NCBI GenBank assembly: GCA_038064515.1
Contig: JBBTSY010000005.1
Location: 50,093-114,092, forward strand
DNA length: 64,000 bases
Direction: 5' to 3'
Source of the DNA: Patescibacteria group bacterium
GTDB taxonomy: Bacteria > Patescibacteriota > Minisyncoccia > 2-02-FULL-40-12 > GWA2-44-9
In this document: positions 51,474 through 60,856 of the stretch, one piece after another
Position numbering within the stretch: the first letter of the stretch is position 1
Layout: each line of letters opens with the position of its first letter
Notes under the pieces: model-generated
What the model was told of the DNA's origin: nothing
Database searches by the model: none
The model's input: only the letters and a program-made list of their open reading frames with translations
Made by a program: the position numbers and the translations under genes

Positions 51474-51737
51474 CTATTGAGAGAAAGGATCATTTTTACC
51501 TCGCACCCCGGGATTGACAGGAAATTCTCCATAGAGGCGTAGGCTCTTGTATGCTGGATTTTGAAGTAACGCGAAATCTATCTTCAAATGCTCGAATACT
51601 TTTATGTCATCCCGTCCTTCTTGAGGCAATGGTGCTACGACGTAATCGCTCCCACTTTGGGAATAGTAATAGTACCCGCCCGCAAAGCCGAGAATGATTA
51701 CCAAATATAGGATAAGTTTATTTTGTTGCGGTATCAT
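51474..51737 (-). CDS. Small membrane protein in pilus operon
   Basis: A single TM segment. Confidence 0.35.
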   Translation of the reverse strand: MIPQQNKLILYLVIILGFAGGYYYYSQSGSDYVVAPLPQEGRDDIKVFEHLKIDFALLQNPAYKSLRLYGEFPVNPGVRGKNDPFSQ

Positions 51738-52257
51738 CGAGGAAATAGGTTGCGGCTTGGATTTGATAGCTCAATTGTAGTGTTTGGGGATCGATGGACA
51801 TCTGGATGGTCTGTACATCGATGAGCGGGATATTCTTTTCAAAACTATCAAGCATATTTTTAAGAGCGCCGTACGTTCCCTTGCCCTGTATCGATATCTG
51901 AAGAAGCGCGTGCTCCTCTCCTGCTTTTATCGGTATGGCTGAAAATGCCACCTCGGCGATCGTATTGCCGGTCTGCGTGGCGATGGCTTCAAGGCTTGAT
52001 AATATCTCGGCAGTGCTCTTTTTCGCGGGAACTACGGCGGCAAATGTCGCCAACTCCGAACCGCGCTGTTCGTATTCTTGCTTTAGTTTTTTGATGTTCT
52101 GCTGGATCTCGCCGCGTTCCTTGATAATCACGTCTCGCTCGCTAATGGCGGTCTTTAAAAGGCTGATCTTGCCATACTCCGCATAGGCCAACGGCCAAAA
52201 CAAGAACAGGCTGACCGTGATAAGACCCACTCCCATGAGTTGTTTATTATTGGCCAT
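51718..52257 (-). CDS. pilO: PilO-like pilus assembly protein
   Basis: An N-terminal TM plus coiled-coil, positioned after pilN. Confidence 0.55.
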   Translation of the reverse strand: MANNKQLMGVGLITVSLFLFWPLAYAEYGKISLLKTAISERDVIIKERGEIQQNIKKLKQEYEQRGSELATFAAVVPAKKSTAEILSSLEAIATQTGNTIAEVAFSAIPIKAGEEHALLQISIQGKGTYGALKNMLDSFEKNIPLIDVQTIQMSIDPQTLQLSYQIQAATYFLDDTATK

Positions 52258-52813
52258 TGAAATTTCTTAAGAATTTAGATTCATCGAATTGGAGCGTGAT
52301 ATTAAATTCATAACTGCCGGCATTGGTCGATTTTGCTCCGCTGATATCGACATCCATGACGCCGTCATCCGCGACAAGAGAAGCCATCTGGCGAGCAATG
52401 ACCGTATAGCTGGGCGCCACCGCATTCAAGTTCACGGTATGGGTCGACACCGTCGCATTCATTGATACGACTTTTACCTGTTGTTGGAGCGCTCGCTCAA
52501 TTTTTCCCAACGCAATGGTCCAAAATATATGGTTGGTAAGAAAGCTTGAGATCGAAGCTGATTGCTTGCTAAGCGCCAAGAGCTTTTTTTCCGCTTCTTT
52601 GTCTCGACTATTCTCAAAATTCCGAAGTGATACATTCTGCTCGGTGATCTGCGCCTCGAGCTTATTCGTCATCGCCTTCGCGACGCCGAAAAGCACCAGC
52701 ACCGCAATCAGAAAACCGGCGCCGATATAAAGCATCCTATTTTCACCCGGGATTTTTACCTCTATTTTTTTCCTGGTCTCCGGAAGAAGTTGTATCCCCC
52801 CTTTATCTGCCAT
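52247..52813 (-). CDS. pilN: PilN-like pilus assembly protein
   Basis: An N-terminal TM plus coiled-coil, positioned after pilM. Confidence 0.55.
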   Translation of the reverse strand: MADKGGIQLLPETRKKIEVKIPGENRMLYIGAGFLIAVLVLFGVAKAMTNKLEAQITEQNVSLRNFENSRDKEAEKKLLALSKQSASISSFLTNHIFWTIALGKIERALQQQVKVVSMNATVSTHTVNLNAVAPSYTVIARQMASLVADDGVMDVDISGAKSTNAGSYEFNITLQFDESKFLRNFNGQ

Positions 52814-52837
52814 AGTTATGTAAAGTATACCTCACTT

Positions 52838-53935
52838 TTAAATTTCACGCATCGCCAGACCCGCGGCAATTGAGAAGTTATTGGAAAGTTCCTGAACGAC
52901 AGGCGTTAATTCTTGGGGATGGACGATTCGGGAGAATACATTGCCTATGTAGACATCTCTCCCTAATCGCTCTTTGAAATAATTTACAAAATTAGGCATA
53001 TTCACGATGCCGCCCACTAAAACCACGCGCGTAACTTTTTGGTTCTTGGTCTCTTCGAATGTAGAAATAGTCTTTTTAGTTTCGAAAATCATCATATCAA
53101 CTAATGATGTCATGGCTTCTTTGATGATATTCTCGTTTGAATCGGTCAAGCCAAGCCGATGTTTGAGATCTTCGGCCTTCTCAAGGCTTATATTCAACGA
53201 TCGGGCGATAGACTTTGTAATCTCGAACCCGCCGATCTCATAGTTATGGCTAAGACGCTCGTACCCTTTGCTCACGACAACCATTGATGTGCTTCGCCCG
53301 CCGATGTTTACGATAGCGGTAGAGCTTAAATCATTTCCGAGAAGCGCGCGGATCAACCCGGCATTTTCAAGTTCAAGCGCGACTAGATTAAGTCCCGCCG
53401 CCTGCATGATGCGTTGGTATCGCGCCGTCTCATCTTTGGGAACTGCGGCAAGAAATACTTCAACGATGGTTTTAGCAGTCCCCGCGCCAGGGGTCGGTGT
53501 CGTGGCAGACTGATCGAGGATACCAACGATGGACCAGTCGAGCACTACCTCATCAAGAGGAATCGGCACGTACTTGCGGGCTTCAAAGGGCAAAGCTTTC
53601 GCCAGATCCTCTTCCGACAGATACGGCATCTGAATCACGGTAGTGAACGTCGAGAACGACGGAATCGCCGCCACAACATCCCGGGTTTTGAAATTAGACT
53701 TCTTAATAACCTCCTCAATCCCCCACACAATCTCCTCATCGGGAAGTTTCAAAATGCTTTGGGCGTCATTAGCGCCGCTTTGGCCCTTGAGCTCAAAAAG
53801 GCCATAGTTTTCCAGCTTATAGCGCCCACCGCTATTGCTAAGCTCTACGAGCTTAATAGACGAAGTGCCGATATCGATGCCGAGTTTGCTTTTTGCTCCA
53901 AAAAGTTTGAACATAGAGACAACTAGATACCTCAT
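52838..53935 (-). CDS. pilM: Type IV pilus assembly protein PilM (actin-like ATPase)
   Basis: An FtsA/actin-fold signature (GIDIGTSSIKLVEL) at the N-terminus. Confidence 0.75.
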   Translation of the reverse strand: MRYLVVSMFKLFGAKSKLGIDIGTSSIKLVELSNSGGRYKLENYGLFELKGQSGANDAQSILKLPDEEIVWGIEEVIKKSNFKTRDVVAAIPSFSTFTTVIQMPYLSEEDLAKALPFEARKYVPIPLDEVVLDWSIVGILDQSATTPTPGAGTAKTIVEVFLAAVPKDETARYQRIMQAAGLNLVALELENAGLIRALLGNDLSSTAIVNIGGRSTSMVVVSKGYERLSHNYEIGGFEITKSIARSLNISLEKAEDLKHRLGLTDSNENIIKEAMTSLVDMMIFETKKTISTFEETKNQKVTRVVLVGGIVNMPNFVNYFKERLGRDVYIGNVFSRIVHPQELTPVVQELSNNFSIAAGLAMREI

Positions 53936-53962
53936 TAATCTCCCTTTAGTATAGCATATTCA

Positions 53963-54733
53963 ATGCATATCCCCGCGAAACGACTCATCCAAACTGTGGA
54001 TTATTCTAAAAAGATTTTCCGTTGGTTCTTTGATCTTATTTTTCCTCCTCGTTGTCTGGGGTGCCGCCAATACCTGAATGAGCGGCCCATTGAATATCTC
54101 TGCAAGGCGTGCGGACACACCATTAAAATCAAGCGTTCATTCGAATGTATAGAATGTAAGGCGCCTTCGATCCTCGGCCTTCCTTGTCCCTTATGCCGGC
54201 GTACCGCGGCAATCGACCAGCTCCTTATCGCCGCTGATTTCAACGACCCGCTGGTGGAAAGGCTAATTAAAACATATAAGTATAAATTTATTCCCGAGAT
54301 CGCTCTGCCTCTGGGACGGATTCTCACCCAGTACATCACTTTTCTCAATATAAATAAGTCGTACGGCATTTTTCGCGACAATCCATTGATCATGCCCGTA
54401 CCCCTTCATCCGTATCGCCTCCACTGGCGAGGGTTCAATCAATCCGGCATTCTTGCAAAACAGCTGGCCAATAGCTATCAAATGGAATGGACTGACGAAG
54501 TCCTGATGCGAAAGCGCCGTACGCCGCCGCAAGCCACCGCCGAAAATCGGGAAATTCGCCTGGCAAATATCAATGGGCTCTTCACGTGTCGGCAGTACCA
54601 TAGAATCGAGGGACGACCAATTCTCCTCATTGATGACGTCTGTACGAGCGGCGCTACACTCAATGGCTGTGCCGAAATTCTCAAGAGACATGGCGCCTCA
54701 TCGGTGTGCGCGCTTGTCGTTGCGAGAGGGTAA
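53963..54733 (+). CDS. comFC: ComF-family competence protein (double zinc ribbon + phosphoribosyltransferase)
   Basis: Four CxxC pairs at the N-terminus. ILLIDDVCTSGATL is the PRTase motif. Confidence 0.8.
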   Translation: MHIPAKRLIQTVDYSKKIFRWFFDLIFPPRCLGCRQYLNERPIEYLCKACGHTIKIKRSFECIECKAPSILGLPCPLCRRTAAIDQLLIAADFNDPLVERLIKTYKYKFIPEIALPLGRILTQYITFLNINKSYGIFRDNPLIMPVPLHPYRLHWRGFNQSGILAKQLANSYQMEWTDEVLMRKRRTPPQATAENREIRLANINGLFTCRQYHRIEGRPILLIDDVCTSGATLNGCAEILKRHGASSVCALVVARG

Positions 54734-54764
54734 AATCTATAGTAATATAGGCTCTGCGAACCAC

Positions 54765-54856
54765 GGAGACGTGTCAGAGTGGTCTAATGAGCCTCTTTGC
54801 TAAAGAGGTGGGGGCTTTAACTCCCCCCGGAGGTTCGAATCCTCCCGTCTCCGCCA
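54765..54856 (+). tRNA. tRNA-Ser (GCT), type II with long variable arm, CCA encoded
   Basis: GGAGACG...CCTCT-TTGCTAA-AGAGG-TGGGGGCTTTAACTCCCCCC-GGAGG-TTCGAAT-CCTCC-CGTCTCC-G-CCA. Confidence 0.9.
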
Positions 54857-54911
54857 GATGTCCAAGTTCGAACCGAGGTAGAATAAGGGTTCTTGGACTA
54901 AAATAAAGATT

Positions 54912-55751
54912 ATGCCAAAGTTATTAACTAAAAAAGAAGCTGTTGAATTTCTTGGTCTTGATGACAAGGTTTTTGATAACTACTTCAAAAATGCGGCTGA
55001 ATTTCCATGCATCGATAGGGACGGCGGCAGAGGTCGTTTTTACTTTGACGAAAATGTCCTACGAAAATGGAAGGATAGTTTAGCGTGGAGAACCGTTGAT
55101 CTGAATAAAGACGACTATGCCCTGTGTTTAGATTTTGCACTAGCACAACACTTTCGTAATTATGTGCAGTCAGATTTTGGCACTGGACGACAAAGAGAGT
55201 TTGGGCAAAAAATAACAAACTGGGTCAAGGGACAGCTTGGAGAGGTTGCAGTAAAGAAATTTCTGAAGCGAGAGTTTAATGTAGATATTGAACTTGATTT
55301 TGATATTCGCGATAAAATCGTTTTGCAAGACATTACAGCTGTCAAGGAGAATGGAAAAATGAGAACGCCAAAAATAGGCGTTGGTATAAAATCGTCTAAA
55401 CCAAAAAGCGCTTTCTTGGTACTCGGAGAAAATGAGATAAGGATAAAGGAGCGCAGATCAGATGTTTACATCTATTGTCGCCCTGATATTCCCGATGATC
55501 ATCTTTTAAGGTTAACGAAAGAGGAAGTAAACGAAGCCGTAAAAAATAAACCTCATTATTCCAAATACAAAGATTTAATGCCGGATTTCGTAAATATACC
55601 CTGTGAAGTTGTGGGTTGGTGTCACTATTCTGAATTAAGAGAAACAAAACAAATCCCCGGACAAGAATTTGATGGTATCCGATTTGTTAAAGAATCTGGA
55701 CTTTTAAAGAAAACGAAGAAGGACTGGCAAGAGCTTATAAAGCAACTGTAG
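54912..55751 (+). CDS. Hypothetical protein, candidate type II restriction endonuclease (by position only)
   Basis: Convergent with the adjacent C5-MTase, with the stops overlapping. It has an N-terminal HTH-like segment and acidic clusters (DIELDFDIRDK). No confident catalytic motif was found. Confidence 0.3.
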   Translation: MPKLLTKKEAVEFLGLDDKVFDNYFKNAAEFPCIDRDGGRGRFYFDENVLRKWKDSLAWRTVDLNKDDYALCLDFALAQHFRNYVQSDFGTGRQREFGQKITNWVKGQLGEVAVKKFLKREFNVDIELDFDIRDKIVLQDITAVKENGKMRTPKIGVGIKSSKPKSAFLVLGENEIRIKERRSDVYIYCRPDIPDDHLLRLTKEEVNEAVKNKPHYSKYKDLMPDFVNIPCEVVGWCHYSELRETKQIPGQEFDGIRFVKESGLLKKTKKDWQELIKQL

Positions 55752-56880
55752 CGCCGACTTCTATTTCATCAAATAAACTTACTATCTCTCGTGCGCTAGC
55801 TTCTCCGTTGGTAAGTTTCGATTCCACGAACTCGTAGGGAATCCCTGCGAAAGTTTTTAGCACTGCAGAAATAACGGCTTGTGCTCCAACTGGAGGCACG
55901 GCCATACCGATTTGTTTTCTCGCGCTTTCTTTGGAGCCTTCGAATATAAAGCTATCGGGGAAAGATTGCAATCGTGCTCGTTCTCGGTTTGTAAGAGCGC
56001 GATGTTCTGACCAGTGATAAACATGCGTTCCACCCCCTCCGCTTCCGGTGATTGTATAGGCGGGTTTTTTAGGATCTAATCGTTTATAGATTTGACTCAT
56101 TCGAGCACCTTTCACGTTTAGTCTTAAGTGTTGAGGTATCCCCTCATACCAAGCATTTTCTCCGGCTGGGATATGCTTCAGCCGCTCAACAACACCTGCG
56201 GATTGCTTGGTAAGTTCGTGATTTTGCGCGTCATCTGATATTCGCGGGTTTTCGATAGCTTCGCGCGCACTCACATAGTTATTCCTTGAAGTCGGAGCGG
56301 GAACTTTGAATCTCAATCCCAAATCTTTTCTTATGCCTATAATGACAATACGATGTCTTTGTTGTGGTACTCCGTATTCTTCAAACTTATATAAGTGAGG
56401 GGTAAGAACATAGCCCCTGCCCGCCTCGCCCAGGTCTTTTAAAATTTGTTTAAAAGCGTTTCCACCATTTGCACTCTGTAAGCCGCTAACATTTTCTGCG
56501 ATGAACCATTTTGGATTATGCGTATTTATAGCCCTGACCCCATGAGAGTAGAGAGGACCAAATTTTCCATCAAATCCTTTTTGTTCCCCAACAACACTAA
56601 AGTCATTACAAGGAAATCCAAAAGCGAGCACATCAAACTTTGGCACCTTTTTAAAGTCTATTTCTCTGACATCTGCGCAAACAACCCCTTTCTCATTTCC
56701 GTTATGGATATTACGAGCGTATGTTTTGCAAGTATCCGCATCGTAATCGTTCGCCCAAACTGGCTCAATGCTATATATGCTGTCTTTATTTTCAGCAAAA
56801 GATCGGATGGCTCCAAGAGCAAGGCCACCGGGTCCGGAGAATAATTCTGCTAATTTAAATTTAATTTCTTTTTTCTTCAT
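55735..56880 (-). CDS. dcm: DNA (cytosine-5)-methyltransferase
   Basis: Motif I FSGPGGLALG, motif IV GFPCNDFSVVG and the ENV motif are all present. Length is 381 aa. Confidence 0.9.
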   Translation of the reverse strand: MKKKEIKFKLAELFSGPGGLALGAIRSFAENKDSIYSIEPVWANDYDADTCKTYARNIHNGNEKGVVCADVREIDFKKVPKFDVLAFGFPCNDFSVVGEQKGFDGKFGPLYSHGVRAINTHNPKWFIAENVSGLQSANGGNAFKQILKDLGEAGRGYVLTPHLYKFEEYGVPQQRHRIVIIGIRKDLGLRFKVPAPTSRNNYVSAREAIENPRISDDAQNHELTKQSAGVVERLKHIPAGENAWYEGIPQHLRLNVKGARMSQIYKRLDPKKPAYTITGSGGGGTHVYHWSEHRALTNRERARLQSFPDSFIFEGSKESARKQIGMAVPPVGAQAVISAVLKTFAGIPYEFVESKLTNGEASAREIVSLFDEIEVGATVAL

Positions 56881-56906
56881 AAATTCTCAATTTATTTTAC
56901 CATTTA

Positions 56907-57530
56907 TTAAAATTCTCGCCTAAGCACACCCACAACCCTACCTTGTATTTCAACATTCTTTTCATAAAATGGCTTCATATATTTGTTTGCCGGGACAAGT
57001 TTTATTCGCCTTTTCTCTCTATAAATTTTCTTGAGAGTAACTGCGTTTTTATCGGGCAAATAAGCAACTGCTTTTTCTCCATCATTAACCGCTTGTTGTT
57101 CACGAACAATAACAATATCGCCGTCTGATATGCCCTCCTCAATCATACTTGTTCCGGAAACTTTTAAAGCGTAATAATTTGCACCTCTCGAAAGCATACT
57201 GCGCGGTACTTCTATTGGTTCGGGGTTTCTGATTGCCTCAATCGGCCCTCCAGCGGCAATAAGTCCCATGAGCGGGATTTCTACCAAGTCTCTTTTCTGA
57301 TCGTTGAATGCTTGAATCGAACGCCTTTTACCTTTATCCGCAGAAAGTAAATTTTTCTTTCGTAGATAGGAAATGTGTTGGTGAATTGTCGGGATAGAAA
57401 CCCCAAAATTATCGGCTATCTCGCCAAGAGAGGGAGAGTAGCTCTTTTCTCTTTGAAATTTTGTAACGAATTGCAAGATTTCTGCTTGCCGCTTTGAGGG
57501 CTTACCTGCTCCAACTGGCTTCTTTTCCAT
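56907..57530 (-). CDS. LexA/CI-like S24-peptidase repressor (N-terminal HTH)
   Basis: The C-terminal region has the Ser (VSGTSM) and Lys (VTLKKIY) of an S24 autopeptidase dyad. The gene is immediately upstream of and co-oriented with dcm. Confidence 0.7.
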   Translation of the reverse strand: MEKKPVGAGKPSKRQAEILQFVTKFQREKSYSPSLGEIADNFGVSIPTIHQHISYLRKKNLLSADKGKRRSIQAFNDQKRDLVEIPLMGLIAAGGPIEAIRNPEPIEVPRSMLSRGANYYALKVSGTSMIEEGISDGDIVIVREQQAVNDGEKAVAYLPDKNAVTLKKIYREKRRIKLVPANKYMKPFYEKNVEIQGRVVGVLRREF

Positions 57531-57583
57531 ATCTAAATTATAATACCTAAAGATAACCTAAACAAGAGAAGTTATCCCCAACC

Positions 57584-59029
57584 ATGAAAACAGGAAGAAA
57601 TGACCAGTGCCCCTGCGAAAGTGGCAAAAAATATAAAAAGTGTTGTTTAGAGAAAGATGAGAAAAGAACAAAACTAAAACAACGAGTTATGAGAATAAGC
57701 CGTCGCGATTTTATTTCGGGCCCATATAGGAATTGTCCAAATCCGCAGTGTTTAGCAGAAAATTCTTTTGGTGTCTTTACGCCAATTTCTGAATCGAGGT
57801 CATATTCGAGAGAGTGTATTAAATGTTGGCATAAAGAACATTTTGGATTACCGAGAATTAAAAAGAAAATCGTGTATCTGGATCAATTTGTCATTAGTAA
57901 CTTAGTTAAGTTGTTGGACAAATCATGTCCGAGTCACCAAAAAATAAAAGCTGATCCATTTTGGGAGTCTTTATTCATAAAACTCGAAAAGGCCTCTAAG
58001 CTCCAAGCCATAGTTTGTCCCGATAGCTTCTATCACAGAGATGAATCAATGACGGGAGGTGTTGAGTTTAAATTAATGAAAAGGTTGTATGAACATTTTT
58101 CAAGCGGCAAAACTCTTTATCCAAGTATCATAATCGAGAAAAATCAAATTACTCATCATTTTGAGTCATGGCTTGATGGTAAAAAAGCCAGCTTTGAATT
58201 TAAGCCGGAAGACATTGCTTTCGAAAAAGATTTACATAGCTGGTCAGTTGGCTTGAGAATTTCAGTAGGCGGTAATCCATACCCCGGACAAGTAGAAGGT
58301 CTCCATAAGACGAATGAAACAACTCGTGAACAGCTGAAAGATGTTTGGACAAGGTGGCAAAATGAAAAAGAAGTTGGATTTGTCGAGCGTATCAAAGAAG
58401 AAACATCAGGGCTTTGGAAAGGTCTAATTAGCGCGGCAAGACAATTTGCTATGAGGAGAAACAATGCAATGACAAAGATGGCGGCAGGTGAGAATTATGA
58501 AATGGATTTGGATGATTTTTTGCCACCGATGTCCAACGACATAATAGAAACTCTCACGAGGATTGCTCAAGCTAAAGGACTACAAGGTAATCAGATTCCC
58601 GAGTCAATTGTGAGTTACTTTGGTAACATAGATTCTTTGCTTGAAATACCACAAATTAGAATAAGCTCCGTAATGTTTGCGGGGTGGGCACACAGAGCGG
58701 CAAATGGCAAAAAGAATCCTCCTAAATCTACAGCAGACGTACAATTTATCTCAAGCTATTTGCCGTACTGCGATGCACTATTTGTGGATAAAGAGTCAGC
58801 GATACTTCTCAGAGAATTTCCAAAAGGTACACCGTCAAAATTTAGGTTGGCAGAGTTCAATGCTCACATCTTCTCTCTCGCGAATAAAAAACAGTTTTTG
58901 GATTACCTCGATCAATTGGTTGCGGATATTCCAGCAGAGCAAATGGAAATATTAAAAGATATGGAAGGAGAGGATTATGGAAAGCCATATTGGAGTATAA
59001 TTGAGCATGAGAAACGGGAGAGGGTATGA
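57584..59029 (+). CDS. SEC-C-motif zinc-binding protein with a large uncharacterised C-terminal domain
   Basis: The N-terminal CPCESGKKYKKCC is a SEC-C metal-binding motif. A second Cys4 ribbon (CPNPQC...CIKC) follows. The remaining ~400 aa show no recognisable motif. Confidence 0.5.
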   Translation: MKTGRNDQCPCESGKKYKKCCLEKDEKRTKLKQRVMRISRRDFISGPYRNCPNPQCLAENSFGVFTPISESRSYSRECIKCWHKEHFGLPRIKKKIVYLDQFVISNLVKLLDKSCPSHQKIKADPFWESLFIKLEKASKLQAIVCPDSFYHRDESMTGGVEFKLMKRLYEHFSSGKTLYPSIIIEKNQITHHFESWLDGKKASFEFKPEDIAFEKDLHSWSVGLRISVGGNPYPGQVEGLHKTNETTREQLKDVWTRWQNEKEVGFVERIKEETSGLWKGLISAARQFAMRRNNAMTKMAAGENYEMDLDDFLPPMSNDIIETLTRIAQAKGLQGNQIPESIVSYFGNIDSLLEIPQIRISSVMFAGWAHRAANGKKNPPKSTADVQFISSYLPYCDALFVDKESAILLREFPKGTPSKFRLAEFNAHIFSLANKKQFLDYLDQLVADIPAEQMEILKDMEGEDYGKPYWSIIEHEKRERV

Positions 59030-59033
59030 GTTT

Positions 59034-59267
59034 TTAAATCGAATAATCAACTGCATTTTTCCCTTTATCGGATTTTGGTTTAGGAACCTCAAACCATTCC
59101 GGATGTTCTTTGTGCATATGCCTCAAATTCTTTATAATTGGATCAAGAGTCCAGAAAGTTAGCCTTCTATAAGCCGTTTTAGGTTCTAACTTCGGGACAT
59201 CGTCCCCGCCAAAATCACATCTCGAAAAATCAAGATATGAAAAAAAATAAACAAGTGTTTCTACCAA
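59034..59267 (-). CDS. Small hypothetical protein
   Basis: The ORF is the only evidence. Confidence 0.25.
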   Translation of the reverse strand: MVETLVYFFSYLDFSRCDFGGDDVPKLEPKTAYRRLTFWTLDPIIKNLRHMHKEHPEWFEVPKPKSDKGKNAVDYSI

Positions 59268-59422
59268 AATGGATGCGGTGGTTTTTTATGCCGTTATTTG
59301 TTGGTATTTGGGGATTGGTTACCTATCTCGAATTTTTCAGCCCTGCCAACAGAAATGAGTTAGGATTTATTGGATATCTTGGCATGAGTGTCCTTTTCTT
59401 GGGCCTGGCACTTGTCCTGTGA
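59237..59422 (+). CDS. Small membrane protein (2 TM)
   Basis: Hydrophobic. The ORF is the only evidence. Confidence 0.25.
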   Translation: MKKNKQVFLPKWMRWFFMPLFVGIWGLVTYLEFFSPANRNELGFIGYLGMSVLFLGLALVL

Positions 59423-59740
59423 TTTATGTCAAGCGGAAAACTGCCGGCATATGTTATTGAAGAAGAGGAGTAAAAAGCTATGAATGGTGTTATAATCAGC
59501 ACGTACTAACTAATGCAACATATTGTGAAAAAGTATCTTGTATGGGCTCTAGTTATACTAATATTGGGTGGAGGGGTGTGGATGGTTGCAAACAGTGAGG
59601 TTCTTCGGACTAAAGCCGCCGATCTTTGGCCCGATTAAGGGAGACTCGATATCATAGCTCTTAGCGCAATTACCGCAAATATTTTCAAACACAGACATCA
59701 CTCTAGATGTGATTGAGCCCATCGCAACGCGATGGGCTCT

Positions 59741-60766
59741 TCAGGCGATAGACGCCTCCTTTCTTTCACTACGATAAAAGATCTCAAAGACGACGTGGTC
59801 TTTGTGCGCATCTTGCGGACGAAGTCCACTGATGTCACGGAGTTGGATCCCGGCCAAACGCTCCTCTGGCCCGGAGCACACCGTACGAATGAGCTTGCGC
59901 TCCTGCGTTTCGCCGCCTGACCAGCCCGTTATGCGAGCAACGATCTCGGCAAGCTGGTAGTTAAACCGGATTTTCCGGTAAACCCCCCTGAACAACTGGG
60001 CAGAAAGCAGTTCCACCAACATGTAGGGCTGCCAAGTACGCCTGCCCTTCTTGGGGCAACGGGCCTTGAGCTCCTCGATGAGCCACGCCACATCTTTGCG
60101 CCTTTCAAAGAAGAGCCGCTCGTTTTTGTACTGTGACATGATCTTGTCGATGAACCGAGCAAAAGCTAGATGCGGGTCACGACCATGAAACTGGAGCCAG
60201 TACGCGTCGGCAAGTAGGTGCCGGTCCCTTCGTGCGACGCTGAAACGGACACCCGCGGGAACTGGTCGGAGTCCGCTCTCTTCATTGAGTCCGCTCTTCT
60301 TGTAAAAGCGCACCCGGTTCATCTTAAGAAAAAACGGATTGCTAGGTCCGCACTTGCGGCCTAGCACCATACTGTTCGCCCGTTGTTGAAGAATCTGGAA
60401 GATCCGAGCCGAGAGCCGTGCGTAGTCTTTGTGGCTCAAGTGGCAAAGCGGGTAGCGTGCACCATGCCAGCGACCATTGCACGCCTCATGGTACGGAATT
60501 CCCTTTCCCAACCCCACCTCTAGGAGCACCGCATCGGAAAAATGCGTCTGCCCGGACTGTCCGGGACCGATTACCGCCAGGACATTCAACGATGGCCGAG
60601 GGTTGAAGTGTTCTCGGACACCGTCCGGCAACACCTCCAATACCACTGCGGCATGTTGACGAACACGCTCTGCATCGCGAGCAATGATCTGGGGAACGTC
60701 TTCCTGCCGCCGTCGGAACAGCATCAAAGAACTCACCTCACTTTCGACCTCACCCGGAGGTCCCAC
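59741..60766 (-). CDS. Arg-rich hypothetical protein, GC-rich gene
   Basis: 341 aa with no recognisable catalytic motif. A perfect 11-bp hairpin (gagcccatcgc-aacg-gcgatgggctc) immediately follows the stop. GC content is clearly above the window average. Confidence 0.45.
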   Translation of the reverse strand: MGPPGEVESEVSSLMLFRRRQEDVPQIIARDAERVRQHAAVVLEVLPDGVREHFNPRPSLNVLAVIGPGQSGQTHFSDAVLLEVGLGKGIPYHEACNGRWHGARYPLCHLSHKDYARLSARIFQILQQRANSMVLGRKCGPSNPFFLKMNRVRFYKKSGLNEESGLRPVPAGVRFSVARRDRHLLADAYWLQFHGRDPHLAFARFIDKIMSQYKNERLFFERRKDVAWLIEELKARCPKKGRRTWQPYMLVELLSAQLFRGVYRKIRFNYQLAEIVARITGWSGGETQERKLIRTVCSGPEERLAGIQLRDISGLRPQDAHKDHVVFEIFYRSERKEASIA

Positions 60767-60856
60767 TACTTGCTATAATGATTCATTAAAAATGTTCGAG
60801 CAAGGCGCTGTGTTCATAAAAAGTTGAAAGCCGCCGTTCGGTACGTCGAACGACGG

